A stretch of DNA of 64,000 nt. It comes from Cycas panzhihuaensis (lineage: Eukaryota; Plantae; Cycadophyta). Positions 13,080-27,199 of the stretch are shown piece after piece. How positions within the stretch are numbered: the stretch's first letter is position 1; each line of letters opens with the position of its first letter. The DNA lies in NCBI GenBank assembly GCA_023213395.1, contig CM041465.1:174165741-174229740 (forward strand), in the 5' to 3' direction. A program made the translations under genes and the position numbers. The notes beneath the pieces are model-generated. The model had not been told where the DNA came from. It did no database searches and worked only from the letters and a program-made list of their open reading frames with translations.

Positions 13080-16000
13080 AAAAATCAACTTTAGTATGCA
13101 TTTGGTGGTCTATCAGATATATCAACTTTTTTGTTAACACAATAATTTATAGTCATTACAACATAATATTTATGAAATACTCCAATAGTACATGAGCATG
13201 AAGAGGGGATCATAGTTAATAATAATGAATTAACCATTAGTGAAAATATTATATCAATATTTATCACTCTTAATGTTTAAATCATTAACTTGATTATACT
13301 GTGTTTGTTACTACGTCTACTTCAAGTTTCTCAAATCTTTATTATATTTACTAGCATCCATATGAAGAATACTCTATTTACTAGTCCATAAGTAACTAGT
13401 CATTATAACTACTAGTTTACTAGGTATCTCCTTTGGTTACATGGTTCAATCAACGACACATTAACTATACTATGGGAACATGTTATCTTATATGGCCAAT
13501 CAACTATGCTAAAAAATAGATATAAGAGTAACATTAAAATGTGTTCCACATCTTACCTAATGGGACTAAGATAGCTTCATCAATATCTCATGGCCATAAA
13601 TTACATAAGTGGGCTATATGTCCTCACAAATAACCCTACTGGGCTTAGATGAATATGAAACTAATACATAGGGTCCTAATAAAGATAACAAAAACAAGGC
13701 CATAACCAAGGGGATTTTGCTTATCCTTTAGAGGCTATAAGGCTAATAATATATCAAAATTTTAGCAACACATCAATACATAAATCATATACTTAGCATC
13801 TAAAGGTATTGTATAATATGATTTCTTTAAAAAACATATTCATATATTATACTCATATGACTTGAGGGGAAACTTACACTAAAAAGATATTAAACCATAC
13901 TTAAGAGGAAAATATGTAAATTATATTAGTTGCTTATTATTATTGATTTTAATCCCCTATTGCTATTGTAATTGTCTTCACATGACTCCTTCTTATTGCC
14001 AATTTCTTCAATTTCTATCATACATTTTGGCTATTAACATTTGACTAACATAATGTAATGCCTTTATAAGTTCTTACATGGCACATCATCAATAATAATA
14101 TTTTAATATATCATCTATTACCTCATAAATTACTATAAAACATAAAATTTAGTCTTTGTTTGAGCTTAATTTTAAATTTGCATGATACTATTTTATTCAT
14201 TAGTCACCATATATGGTATTAGCATAAACTCACTAAATTTAGCCTTTTAGGTTTAACATGTCATAAAAAATAAACACATTATTTAGGTATGTTTATCATT
14301 AAAAAAACTAGGATGGGCTTTGAATATATATTTCAATTATATAACAAAATCAAAAGTGATTATATAACCACTCATTTCAAAGGAGATTGAGTCATGATTT
14401 TGATATGAATAACAGAATAAAAAATGAAGCTCATATGTGAAGGATACAAAGGAAAATATTTATAATTGGGATTAATCAATAAGTTCCTTTAATTTATATT
14501 CATGCAATTTCAATTGGTCGTTAAGTTCATTAAAGGTCATTGAGCTTATCTTGCCATTTAGGCTCAAGATGGTAATAAAATTTTGATATCAATTTGGTAA
14601 GGATTAGATCACTATAGTTACCATTTCTCAGTCATCAAGAGGCTTCTTCATTGCACTTAACTAGTCCTTAATCATCTTGATTTCTTACAAGTGATTGATC
14701 ATCAATTCACATAACTTCAGATAATAGAGTTGGTTTCTTAAAGACAAGATACATATGTCATCTTCAGTCTCATAAAGAGAGATGATTATATTGTAAGCTT
14801 TTTTTAATATTATAGCATTTACCATGTTCACTATTAAGTTCCCACCAACAGAGATCTTATTAAATCCAAATGTTACTCCCATTCTATCTTGAAGTTTCTT
14901 CTTTTGATCAACATTTATTAGTATAGTCAGTTTTGCATCATTGTATTTCTTCATGTCATTTATCTCTTAAAAACTTTCAATTTGGTGTTTCCATAATGGA
15001 AAATTGTCTAGACTATTCAATCCCCTAGTTATTAAACTAAGTATATGAGGATTATTCATCATTTTTTATCTTGTGATATGACTATTTACAAATGATAATG
15101 TTAAAAGAACATGGTTTAAATGAATTTTTAGGATAAATCAAAATTTTCTCAATAAAATACCCTTGGAAATGTCTTTAAAATAAGATAATTATATATATTA
15201 ATTTGTTAAGACTCCAATGCAATTAACAACACTTAAAATAGAGATCTAGAACTCAAGTTATGATGAAAAAGGTATTATGAGTTCATTAAGTTAATTAAAT
15301 TAGGGTGCTAGCTCTCTTCGCTAAAAAATGGTAGTTATAATTGATAAATAAATAACTGTGGCCTTAAAGAAAACGTGCAGACATGAACCATTTATCAAAT
15401 ATAGTTAATTTAATTTTATAAAGGACAAAAGAATAAACCCTTATTTTATATCAAAATTATCTTCTACATCATCATTGTTGATGGGTTTATGACCAAAATT
15501 CTCCTTTATATAGAGGAATTCATTGTATATTTTCAATATGATTATTAAATCTCACTTTCAAAATTCATGTATTGAAGAATTTCTCTAATTATCTAGCACT
15601 TCTTTATGAATTTGTGATGATTCTTATAGAGTATTTACCAAGGGATTTAATGATACTTCTTTAGTAAAGGGATTCTATAATACCTTTAGTCAAGTTTTTG
15701 CCAAGAAATTTCATAATATGTCTAGTTAGTTTTTTACCAAATCTATTCAGGTTATCACCATTAATAAAACAATTATATCTTTGAAGTCAATAATGATTTT
15801 ATCACCAATACATGTCTTGAGGAGAGTCTTATTACCTTAGAGCATGTTGGTTACTAGATCAATGTTGCCATTGGGGGTTATCTCCTTAATTTCATTCATC
15901 TTAGATTTTATGAAGTAGATATTCCATAGAGTTTTATTCTTCTAGAGAGTGTTTCACCTCTCTTCTCCAGTTATACCAATAATCTTTGAAAGTGTCTAGG

Positions 16001-16912
16001 TTTAAACCTTCATTCTTATAACTAAGATATTAATATTCAAGCATGTCAAGCTTTAGGCACTTATCATGTTGATAACATTTGAGTAAGGTTTAGGCACTCA
16101 CTTTTCTAACCATATTGATAAAATTTGAGCATGTCAAGGTCTAACCATTTATTCTTCCAATCGAGTTGCTAAACTTTGACATTATTGAAGTTTGGATTAT
16201 GTGGTTCCTTTTCTAAATTAAAAAAAAAAGTTGTTGGCTACCTCAACAAACCATGTCAAGGTTTGGTTTCTTTTACATACTTTTTAGGTAAGTTTATTTT
16301 TTAAATCCTTATTCTCATTCACTTTATTATTTTATTTCTATATTTTTCTTAGCAATGTTTTAGTGGATCATATAGAGATTATTCTCTATTTTCTTAGGAA
16401 ATTTTGATACCATCTTTTGAAGACTTTATCTCACATAGAACATCATGCTTTGTCCAACAATGCTTTAAGCATATTTCTAGTTATCTTCCAACTTATCTTC
16501 GAGTTGTTTATTAGATGTTTTCTAGTAAATATCTAGCTTATTTTTAGCATGTCTCTAAAATTTGGCCACTTTCTATGATTTATAACAAGTTTATAGCCTA
16601 TAACTCCCCTTTATAAAACCTTCAACTTTAATACCATATTGGAAACCAGAGCACAGAGGAGTAAGATGAAGATAATATAGTAAGAATTATGGAGAGAGTT
16701 AGTCTACCCTTAAATTTTTATTATGTTCATATATTCAATAGTAATACATCAATGGAAATCATTATAAATGTATAATAAATAGGTTACTGTGTGTAACTAC
16801 CTTACATTTGAATGTAAACATGTGAGGTTTATAAGTAATGACCTTAACTAATTACAACTTATGAAAAACATACAAATGTAATAATTATCACATATTATAC
16901 AAATAATCTAAT
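13080..16912 (-). mobile_element. Truncated, highly decayed Ty1/copia element (5' LTR, PBS, gag, protease, integrase)
   Basis: Minus strand: gag N-terminus LNSLDNFPLWKHQIE (~14980-15025), gag-like ORF 14685-14954, decayed protease region ~13880-13960 and integrase-end-like segment ~13080-13200. ACTTTAATACCA (16625-16636) is a decayed reverse-complement iMet PBS with an LTR-like segment to ~16912. RT/RH not seen. Confidence 0.55.
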
Positions 16913-18505
16913 AGTATATGCTCTATTTATTTTGATTCATATAATTCCTTAAGGCATTTTTTATCTTCTTGTATAGTATTTAATTACTTAACTCTTATTT
17001 CAATGTGAGGGCTAAACTAATATATAGATAAAGGAGTTGCACTAATTCTTGTCCTTCCTACTTCTTATCCCTATTGGGCTTTTGATTGTGTAGTTTTCAT
17101 GGGAGTATATGTTCACATTTGCAGGTCTTATTGTTAGTTGATTTTAAATTATCAACTTTTATAGTATTTATTGGCTAAGTGTCTTAGTTTATGGGGTCCT
17201 CTTTAGTGGAGTTTTGTCCTTCTCTACCAACTAGGATGTTACCCTATTCTTCTTTATGCTTTTCGTGATTATAAATGCACTAATTTATGGGCTATTTTGG
17301 TTGTGATGCTATATTATTGAAGTGTTCATCCATTTCTACTTTCTCTAGAGATTTTTATCTTGTGTTTTGTTGTGTGCCAATCCATTAACCTCATTATTCA
17401 ACTAATCAACACTTTCTTATATGCTAAGATGCACTAATCTATTTTTTAGGGGTTGCCAATCTAATATGTTTTTCTTGGGCCAATTATACCCTTTCACATC
17501 CTCGTCATTACAACATCATCATTGCCTCTTGATTATTTAATGCCATCTTGTTTATTAATCCATCCTCATTGTTATAATAGTTGATGCGTAATTACATTAA
17601 GATTTTTAACATTAACATTTTCTTTATTTTTTATGCTTTTTATTACTTAATATAAGCTTATCCATTCTCTTTGTTGCTCAACCAATCTAATCCTATGGTT
17701 CTTTGTGTGTTGATTCCTTTTTAGTAGTTGCTAATATAATTCTCATCCACTTTAACGTTAAGGACATCTAGTAACATCACTTATTTGATTGATCCTTGTC
17801 TTCATGTGTGCACATTCACCACTTTATTAGCAATCTTTAAGGTTGATCATATGATGTGTGATATGTAACATGGTAGTTGTCCTCTTTTTGGGTGTTTTCT
17901 TGTGATATTTCTCATAATGGTCAATCTCTCTCATGAAGTTTAGTATGCATCGATCTCTATGGATATTGGTATTAGCACATTTGATCCTCTCTCTTAATCT
18001 ATAATTATTAAGTTTTAGGAGGTGGTTAGTAGGGTGTAATATCTACACCATTTATTCAATAGGCAAATTTAGGGATAGTGTTAGGCTTGTTTGTTGGCAG
18101 TTTGTAGCTAGCATTTAGTCCCAAAAGTAGGTAAAAGATGGTAATTAGTATTGATGGCCAAGTTAATCAAAGTACCTTAGTGATTATAAGTCCCTTATAT
18201 GCATGGAAGGGGTAATTTTGGCCTTACTAATAAAAGTAAGTCTCTATTTTGTATTTCTTGATGTAAAGGGCCTTTCAATCTTCTTATGTCTTACTTGTAA
18301 CTTATTACTAAGAATAGGGTCTCATCAATGCTAATTTTTCTGGGGCTTCTTTAGAGGATTTAGGACTAGATATTATTATTTTTCCCAAAATTGGTAAGGC
18401 CAAGTAAGATCCTTATGTGGTTTTCAGTAAATTAGATTCCATTTTCCTATTGCATCTTATATTGAAGGGTTAATCCTATTTTATGTGGATTTTACTTGTT
18501 AAGGA

Positions 18506-18522
18506 GGGGGGGGGGGGGGGGG
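18506..18522 (+). repeat. G17 homopolymer near a possible LTR end (TTTGTTACA at 18539)
   Basis: The run is seen directly; the LTR context (possible start TGTAATATC at 18034) is uncertain. Confidence 0.8.
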
Positions 18523-19129
18523 AGACTACCTTTGTTACAATAATTGCATACTTATAACTATATAAATAATTTTTTATTTTATATACAAAAATAAACATTA
18601 ATTTTGATTAGGTTTAACTTGGATTTCATCACCAAATTTGGTGAAACCTTTCTCAATAAGGTTTAAGGTTGAATAACTAAGGGGGGTCATCTAACATAGG
18701 TTAGTGTAAAGAGTGATTAGGTAGTCTAGTTATCCTTAGAGTTATCCACCCACTCATTGATTATAGGAAAATATTAATATTATATCCCAAGTGCTAGTAT
18801 GTCCAACATTTAAGTTTGACTTAGTCAACACACATTCAACCACATATTAAACCCGTAAAAAACCCTCAAATTTAAGTTCTAACAATGTCAACTTGAATGA
18901 TGATCCATTTTTGACCTACGTATATGGGAAATTGATGGTGGAATTTTGTGGTAGTCTTTCTCTAGTAATGACACCCATCATTAGAATAATATATATTATA
19001 ACTATATAATTTACATTATATATTCCTTTATGATATATAAAATATTTATAGAAACCATAACTTATAATAACATTGAAGTCGCATGTTATGGACTCTGTAA
19101 TTCATTAAATATAATAAATATTGAGCCTT

Positions 19130-21950
19130 ACCACCTAAATTTATCTGCTTTATCTCTTCCTCTACCTTCTTCATCTCCTTTAAAACCTTCATAGTAATCT
19201 TAGTGCCAATTCCTATACAAGGTATTATGGATTCATGTTTGTGATTTAAATTCTATCCCACTTTCTTCTCTAACCTTTTTAGTTTTATACGATTCAACTC
19301 ATAATCATCCAAAATGCTCCTAGTCTATTCTAGTTACTCCCATCTTCAATTATTACATCTACTTTTTTTAATAAGTAGATATTTACCTTCTCCACTATGA
19401 GCCTCTCTCCAATAGGCTCTTTCATCTTAAATCCCTCTAAATACATACATGTAGCTTCTATAATTACATTCTCCTTTTTATTCTTATCCTCCTTAACCCG
19501 TGTAGGGTCTTCTGCTTCTCCTTCTCTTCCTTTATCTAATTCTTCTCCTTCTTCTTTAAAAGGCTCATATGTTACTAACTCATCAACCTCCTACCATCCA
19601 CCAAATAAGCACTATGATAACACATCTCTACTTCTACTTTCATTTGTATCTTCTCCTTATTAATGTACACCATAGCAACACTTTCCATAACCTCATTCTT
19701 TACATCTCCAATGCATAACTCCTTTATACTCCTCTCAATTTAGTTAGGTTTGTATCATTTATATTAAATTTTATAAGCTCATTATGAACCTCTCCCTTTA
19801 GTTGCAATAAGATTGCTTCCATATGCAACCTCTCTCCTTTAGCTTCACCATCTTCCTTCATTGCCTTGACTTACCCTTCTAAATCCTTCTTGGTAAGACT
19901 TTCCTCAAATAACTCAAATCTTATATGTGCTTCTTGCATGCGTGTATAAGTGAACTCCATCACTTCTAGAATGTAATTGGCATACTCCTCATCATCCTCC
20001 ACATGAGGATATTCTCCTTTATAGTCATCTAGGGCTACCAAACACTTGCTTTTATCCTCTAATATTAGTTCATACTGAATCACCTTAGTCTATTCTTCAT
20101 CATATGCTTCTCTCTCTAATCGAGTATAAATTTATAACACCAAATGTTCTCCAATCATCCTTGGTATAAAGTCACCTCTTGTGACCTCCTATGTGTTCTT
20201 TGTGCACACACTTACTCTTCCTCATCCTCATCATCAAGGGCAAATCTATTCATCTCTTGATCTTTTATCCTGCTCCACTGCTTAATCTTTTTCTTACCCT
20301 TCTTTACTTTCTCATTTCATGTACTTCTCCACCACAACTCAACTTTGCCCTTTGAACTTCTTATAATAAACTTCACCTTCTATAACTCCCTCAACTTATT
20401 TTTAACAAATAGGTGCTCCATCACCTTTAACCAACCATATAGCCCATTTGGACCACCATCAAACTCTATAATGTCCTTCTTATCTACTTTAACTCCTTTA
20501 TTCTTAATTTATTATCCCAAAGTTAATCTCAATCCTTTAGCTAACCTCTACTCCATACTCATAGGGCTTTTCTTCTCTATACATTTTGCTTTTTCCATTT
20601 CTTGTGTTCTCCTTTTGAATACTTCCACATCCCTCAAATTAGTTTCTAGTTCCTAATTCCTAATATTCTTGCTCACTAACTTCATCTTGATTCTTCCTTC
20701 ATAAACTAGTATAACTATTTTTTTTATAAGCTTTATTTATTTCTCCCTTATCTCTTCCTTTGATCTAATACCACACTAATGCAATGCTCCCTATAAAACT
20801 CAAATGGAAGTTTACTACCTAAAATCAAACATGCATAACTAGATCATAAAAACCACTACACAAAGCACTGTCTCTAATATCTTTAACAAGTAAGAGGATA
20901 AAACCTCTTTCTATTATATAAAAGAGCTTTACAATCAATGTACGATAGCCCACAGGAGTATAAACTTATTCACAACACTTTATAATACTCAAAAGAACTA
21001 ATTATATTCATATATTCAACCTTCTAATTCATACATTATATTATTTTAATAGGCCTTTAGTCTCTTCTAACCACTTGACTCTTATGTCTTAACTTACATT
21101 CACATAACTCTACTTACTCATTATTACTACACTAAGTTTTGAAATCAAATAATACTATCTTTATCAATGTTTTTACACTTATAACGACTCCTCTTCTTCT
21201 TCCACTTCACATGCATTGCTTTATCGATGCTTCTATACATCTACTATCACCTACTCTAACAACCTCTTTTTACCTTTTCCTCTTTGGTTTCTTCTCTAAT
21301 CTTTTACTCCTCCTCCCTAAAAGGAAAACTCCATTTTGAGCTAACTCCTCTTAAACATATACAACCTTTGTGAATAGTCATATTGTTAATTCCTCTATAT
21401 GAATTCACCTACTAGTCATTTTGACATTTACCCTATTATTGACATTTAATGGTCACTTTATATTCATTCAAGTCTCCTTTCACAAGTTATCATTCTTGTG
21501 AAGTCTTGGAAAATGTTGAACTCTAATTCTTTCATACTTTATTTGGTTGTTATTTCACTTATCTCTTCTTTCTCCTTGCTTATTTCCTCTCATCAATGCC
21601 ATAATTATGAGGCCCTCTAATGCTCACTACATGTCTTCATATGTGTTAATCACTACTTCATCACAACTAGTTGCTTCCCTTCATCTCTTTATATCTTATT
21701 TTATGTCACAAGTACTCCCAATATAAGGTCTATTAATCTTTACCATATTCATCTTGATCTATAATTATTGCTCCATCACAATTTCCTTCCCTCATAAACT
21801 CTTCCTTCTATAACTTCTCTATTTCCTATTTGTGAACTTCCTTCACATGAGTTTAGTTGTCTCCTCATAAAGTTATTATATTAGTGCCATACACCCTTCT
21901 ATCTAATAATGATATTTTTATTGGAATATCAAGTTTCACAATATTTAATG
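19130..21950 (-). mobile_element. Decayed LTR retrotransposon remnant (5' LTR, PBS, purine-rich ORF relic)
   Basis: GATCTAATACCA (20762-20773) is a decayed reverse-complement iMet PBS, abutting an LTR-like terminus TGCAATGCTCCC (20780). Acidic ORF relic 19871-20083 on minus. Outer boundaries approximate. Confidence 0.45.
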
Positions 21951-24330
21951 CAATGCTTAATTTATATGGTCAAGTTATGGTGATCAATGATTAGTTGATA
22001 TAAAGATTCTCATGCATGATCCTATTAGTTATTATTTAGTGCAATATCATTAGTTAATGATGAGGTGACACAACTATATAAGGATATGCATATTAAAAGA
22101 TAAATTAAATCATCAAGTTCTCCTTATGTGACTAGATGACTCACCATTATTTATTAAAAGATAGAGATATGCATATAAAAGAGGGAGATGCAAAAGGGGT
22201 ATATAAAAGATTAGGATCTCTAATTAGATTAAACTAAACTAAGCTCAATATCAACCAATGGGAGAAAATATCTTAAAAATTAAGATAGTCATTAGGGCAT
22301 GGATGCCCTAAAGACTAATATAGTTCTACAAACCTAATCCTAGACTCTAACCCTCTAGGGTACTAATCTATCCTATCCTACCCAACTAATTACCACTACA
22401 TGTGCCAACTTAATCTAAAAGAAGTAATGAGGACTAAGGAGAGGCAAGATGGAAAGGAATTGGACCATGGGATTAACCTACTCATGGGTAAATTAGTGGG
22501 GACTCCTCCTAGTAACAACTCAGCTATGAGCATAGGAGGTATGGAATATACCTATATCTAATTTCAATAAATATATATTCCTAAAGGTGAAATAGAGAAA
22601 GCAAATTATTCTTAAGAGAATAAATAATATCAATTAATTCTCTTAGTTGTACATAGCTAGGATAATCACCCACTATCAAACATTTTAAAACATGGCAAAG
22701 ACTTACTCAATCTCAAGTGCAAGGCCACCCTTACTCAATTAGTGATGAAATCTAGTTAAGATCAAGTTGCCCCTCCTTTAGCACAAGGAAGACCCTATTC
22801 CTAGGAAGGTTAAAAAGTAGACAACAAAAAGTTAAATGCAATTACATATCATTTAAATTGAATGGACACAACAAAATAACCTGATTGAATGTAATGGACT
22901 TATAATCTATAGGTTTAGATAGTTGTAACAATGTGTTGAATATATGAACCAACTAGGTCTATTAATTAGTAATTCATCCCTCAAGCATGACACTTTCATT
23001 TTATTTTTATTTTATATGTGCCTAATTAAGTAAGAAGAGAAAGACGAGCACGTATAAATACACGTGCAACACAAGAAATATAGAAGTATCAAAACTAAAA
23101 GCACCTAAGCACCATATAAAGGAGTAGAAAAGCATAATTAAATGTGTCTAATAATGTGTATATAAATCTATCACTACAAGTTTATTTTATGTGTTTCAAA
23201 ATGTGGTGTTTCAAACTACATTTTGAGGTTGCAATACAATGTTTTATTTATTTATTATCATTATAAATAAAGAAAGTTATGAATTAAGGTTTGATCTATC
23301 ATTTAGAAAGACACAACTTGTATCATACATAACTTGCAAATACATTTAAAAAGGTAATAAAAAGGAAGATTCTAAAAGAAAATGCTAAAAAAATGACAAC
23401 TTGAAGTTGAGAATAAGGTATTAAACCTCTCAAGTTGCAACAATCAAATTTGCAATAAACTCCATGAGCTACCCATGCTAAAGATGTAACAAATAACTAG
23501 AAACATCTAATTACAACTATGCACATTATAAGCAAAGAGTAATAAATAAAATTTAACTAAAAATAATTAAATCAAAGTGTATTAAATTACTAAAATCTAA
23601 CATAACCCTAAAACCCTAAAATAGAAAGTACAAAAACCTTATACTATGGAAACACATGAAAGTGATGGAAACAAACCCTATAAGATCCATAAAACTCAAT
23701 TACTAAAAGAATATTATGTGCTCTTTAAGATGGTTAGATTCTACTAGAGTTTTAAGGTTCTATGTTTGTGTTTTTAATGTTTCTAAGGTGAGTGACAAAT
23801 TAGGGTTTTTGTTGATTCTCGTAAGTGACATAAATTTTATCAAGTATGAAAATCATTAGATTTGGTTGCAAATGATCCCAATGAGATGGGTATCTAAATG
23901 GAAATATTTTCAATCAAGTGTGTATAAAGTTTCAATAGTTTCCAACATGATTTAAATTCATAAAGCGATGTTTCCAGAGCTGTTGACATGATCTATGGAT
24001 TATGGGTTTAACTTAAAATGTATAACGTGGGAATGATTTGTTTCAAAATAATGTTTGTAATCTCCCTACAATGTTAATAAAATAGGAAAATAAAACACTG
24101 ATAATAAGAAATTAAAGTAAAACTAGAATCTTAATGAAACCTACTCACGATATAGTATAAAGAAACCTATTAAAGGAACATCACACTTGAATAATTTTAT
24201 TATGAATGGTTAATCCTCTTAAATCTATGTTATTCTTCCTCCTTTGAATTTAATTGCTTGATATCCCTTTATTAATACATTTAGATGGAAAGCTCCTTAC
24301 GCCATGCGGACCATCAACACATTCTAAACA

Positions 24331-24790
24331 TGCTTTAATTTCCTAACTCCTCTAGTTATAAGTCATTATTATTATAAAAATATTGTCAAGCAGTAATATA
24401 ACACCTATGTGAATCTTCCATGCATTAAAAATAAATGAGGATATAGAAATTGAGTATGACTACTAGCTAAAATATTTGTGGACCTTTTTGCCCTATCAAA
24501 ATTGTCCTTTGCACAAGGATAAAATCTGCTACCATAGCATGATGACTTTACATAAAAAAATAAATATCCATCTAGTTGATTACTCAATAATAATGATATA
24601 AATCCTAATAACATAAGCTCCTTTTTCATCTTATCTAAAGTTACTAGAAGAGGCTTATGATTCATTTTTTTTTCTAACCATTTTCTAAAATTCTAAATGG
24701 AGTGCTCTATAAAGAAACATATGGCTACCAACATGATAGTAATTATCACCACATACTATGTTAGAGTTTTTATGACCCATATTCCTTTGA
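24331..24790 (-). pseudogene. MLO: MLO-family (AtMLO4/11/14-like) pseudogene fragment, apparently intronless
   Basis: Minus-strand translation: KTLT*YVVIITIMLVAICFFIEHSI*NFRKWLEK / KPLLVTLDKMKKELMLLGFISLLLS / (shifted frame) STRWI / VKSSCYGSRFYPC ... T*VLYYCLTIFL / TYN*RS*EIKA. This is colinear with the MLO N-terminal motifs TPTW, EKMKEELMLLGFISLLL, SARWISEICV, THVLYS and IYSWRKWE. Confidence 0.85.
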
Positions 24791-26717
24791 TCCTCTTACT
24801 TATTATCAACATTCCTTCTTTGTGTGAATGCCTCCTTCCTTGCTTCTTCTGGCCTATATATTCCTCTCTCCATTCATGTGTTGATCCTCCCTTTAGATGT
24901 CTCACCTCTACGTGATGAGTAGTCTCCTTTACAAGCCCAATGCTCCACTCTTCTTATTTATATTCGTTCAAGCTCCACCTCCTGGTCACCACCTATATTC
25001 AACATTATATCCCCTCCCAGTCACCCTTGATCACCATACTTTCCATTAATATATCTATAACCTCCCATTCAATGTGATTATCTAAAAATAAGAAGACCAA
25101 GTACATCGAGGTTACCATCGAGAAAACTATAAACCATTGTATTATGAATCTCTTTAGTACCACTAATCTACGTGGTATTAACAAAGAGAATGGATGGTGG
25201 CAATCCACCAAGAAGTTATCTCTTCCCTCTTGCCACTAGTCTTATAACTATTCTCCTAGTTTATATTCTTTAATTTTATTATTTTCTTAGTCCCTTGAAT
25301 CAATCAAGTTCATGTTGCATAGTATATATTATTTTACTCTCCTAAACTACCAATGTGTCTATCGCATGTTATCTTAGCAATTCTCTCCCTTTATCTATGT
25401 TCTTTTTTAATTCTTACTTCCTTCCTTTCACAACTTGTCTAATCTCCAATATCCATCCACCCTTTACTACCCATTTTTTTATGCATCTTGCAACTCAATC
25501 TCCTTGACAACCTTTCAACCCATCCCTATATTCCTATGTAATATCCTTCATTCCCCTTTGTCCTTCAACATCAATCTCTTAACCTTTGCCTATCCATGGT
25601 CTACTCTTACCTTCATGGAAATACCCCCACCATAGCTCTTTATCCTTTGAAAAGTTTGCTCATTTCCTTAAGGTGCAATCCCATGTAGCTATTGGGTTTC
25701 TATTTTTTAGTAACATAAGGTTCCATGTGCTATTCAAGAGCTCATTCATAAAATAAAATAGAATCTTGTCTATAATAACAAAGTAAAATGCTTAACTAAT
25801 TAAAGTTTTAGAAATAGCCAAAATAGGGGACTAAGATAAGCACTTACAATTTAGGTAAAATCTAGCCCATGTGGCAATATCTTTGCACCAATATGCACCC
25901 TCAGATAACTTGGGTGAGGACTCTCTCCACTCTCAAGGGTAGTGTAAACTCCCCTTTAAAAAAAAAAAAAAAAAAAATAGAAAAAGAAGAAACGTGGCAA
26001 ACAGATCAATTTTGCAAGTGTGTGGCAACTAACAGAATTTGAATTCAATTATATAAAGACTCCAGATAGAATATGTAATTGTCTTCATCGCATATAGCTA
26101 GTTCATTCCAATAGTTGTGAGTATTCCTGCATGTCGTGCAGTTGACCTATGTTTCATCCACTACAACTGTGATGGACTTTGTACTGGACAAAGTATTATT
26201 GTACAAGAAGATAACATTTTTACTACCTAAGCTAGAAAATATATTATATTATTTCGTAAATAATAAATAATAGCCAAATAATTTTATAAAAATTCTATAG
26301 TAAGCATGTAAGACGAGAAACACATGGTCTTTTAACTGTCATAGGGCTGCCTATTGATGCTTATAGACTATTTACAATCTACACTAGTATTAGTTACCAT
26401 TTTCCCCAAAAAAATCAAGACTTCATTATTGATACAGAGTAAAAGTGTGTTTTCTATATTTACATAGAATTGGTTTCTATGGGGTGGAGATTTTCACATA
26501 ACATGTAGTTGTGGAGGGAAATTTAGAAATGTATGGGATCACATTTATCCCTTTCAACTCTTGAAAAGTCTTAGTGCTACCATTAAGACTTTTAAGGAAG
26601 CCCCCCTCTATGGGACCACCACTTTGTTTTTTTTTATTTGTGATGTTTATTTTATTATTTTTTCTTTTTCTTTTTTTTTCCTTTACTATTGATTTTTCTT
26701 TTGATTTCATATTAATG

Positions 26718-26749
<32 letters not shown>

Positions 26750-26845
26750 TTTATGTTCTTTTTTTTAATATTTATATATTATTTTCTTTTCATTCTATTT
26801 AATTGATTATAAGTTTTAAGGGGGGAGAACTCCTGATCATCTTGT

Positions 26846-26869
26846 GGGTTAGGGGGTAGGGGGGAGGGG
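26846..26869 (+). other. G-quadruplex consensus motif
   Basis: GGG TTA GGGGG TA GGGGGG A GGGG: four G-tracts with 1-3 nt loops. Confidence 0.6.
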
Positions 26870-27199
26870 TAAAACCACCCCTTCATTTACTTTTCTGAGG
26901 ATGGGAGAGGTGAAACCACCCCTTCTTTGCACTTCTTTTCCTTAATTTTAATTTTATTTTTATATTTTTGATATAGGAGGGGAAATTAAACACAGAGTTT
27001 CTAATAAAATAAACATCAAGAAGGCAACTTTTAAAAAATTAGTTTGATTATAAAACAACAAGTATTTTGCATTATTGCTATTTATGTTCTTCATTTTACA
27101 CGAAGGTAGGGAAGATGACACTAATTTGAGATCAAAACACCAAGCATTTTGGAAGATAATGGGGAGGATATCAGAAGTAAAAACATGAAATAAAGGGGT

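Noticed and set aside
22760-22780. Reverse-complement Tat/Ogre-like PPT (AGTTGCCCCTCC) implying a minus-strand LTR at ~22000-22764
   Set aside because: Single short motif with no partner LTR or coding relic to support boundaries.
23600-23815. AAACCCTA telomere-like motifs and a loose inverted repeat
   Set aside because: Only two or three imperfect copies, common in plant TE leaders; the inverted similarity is too weak.
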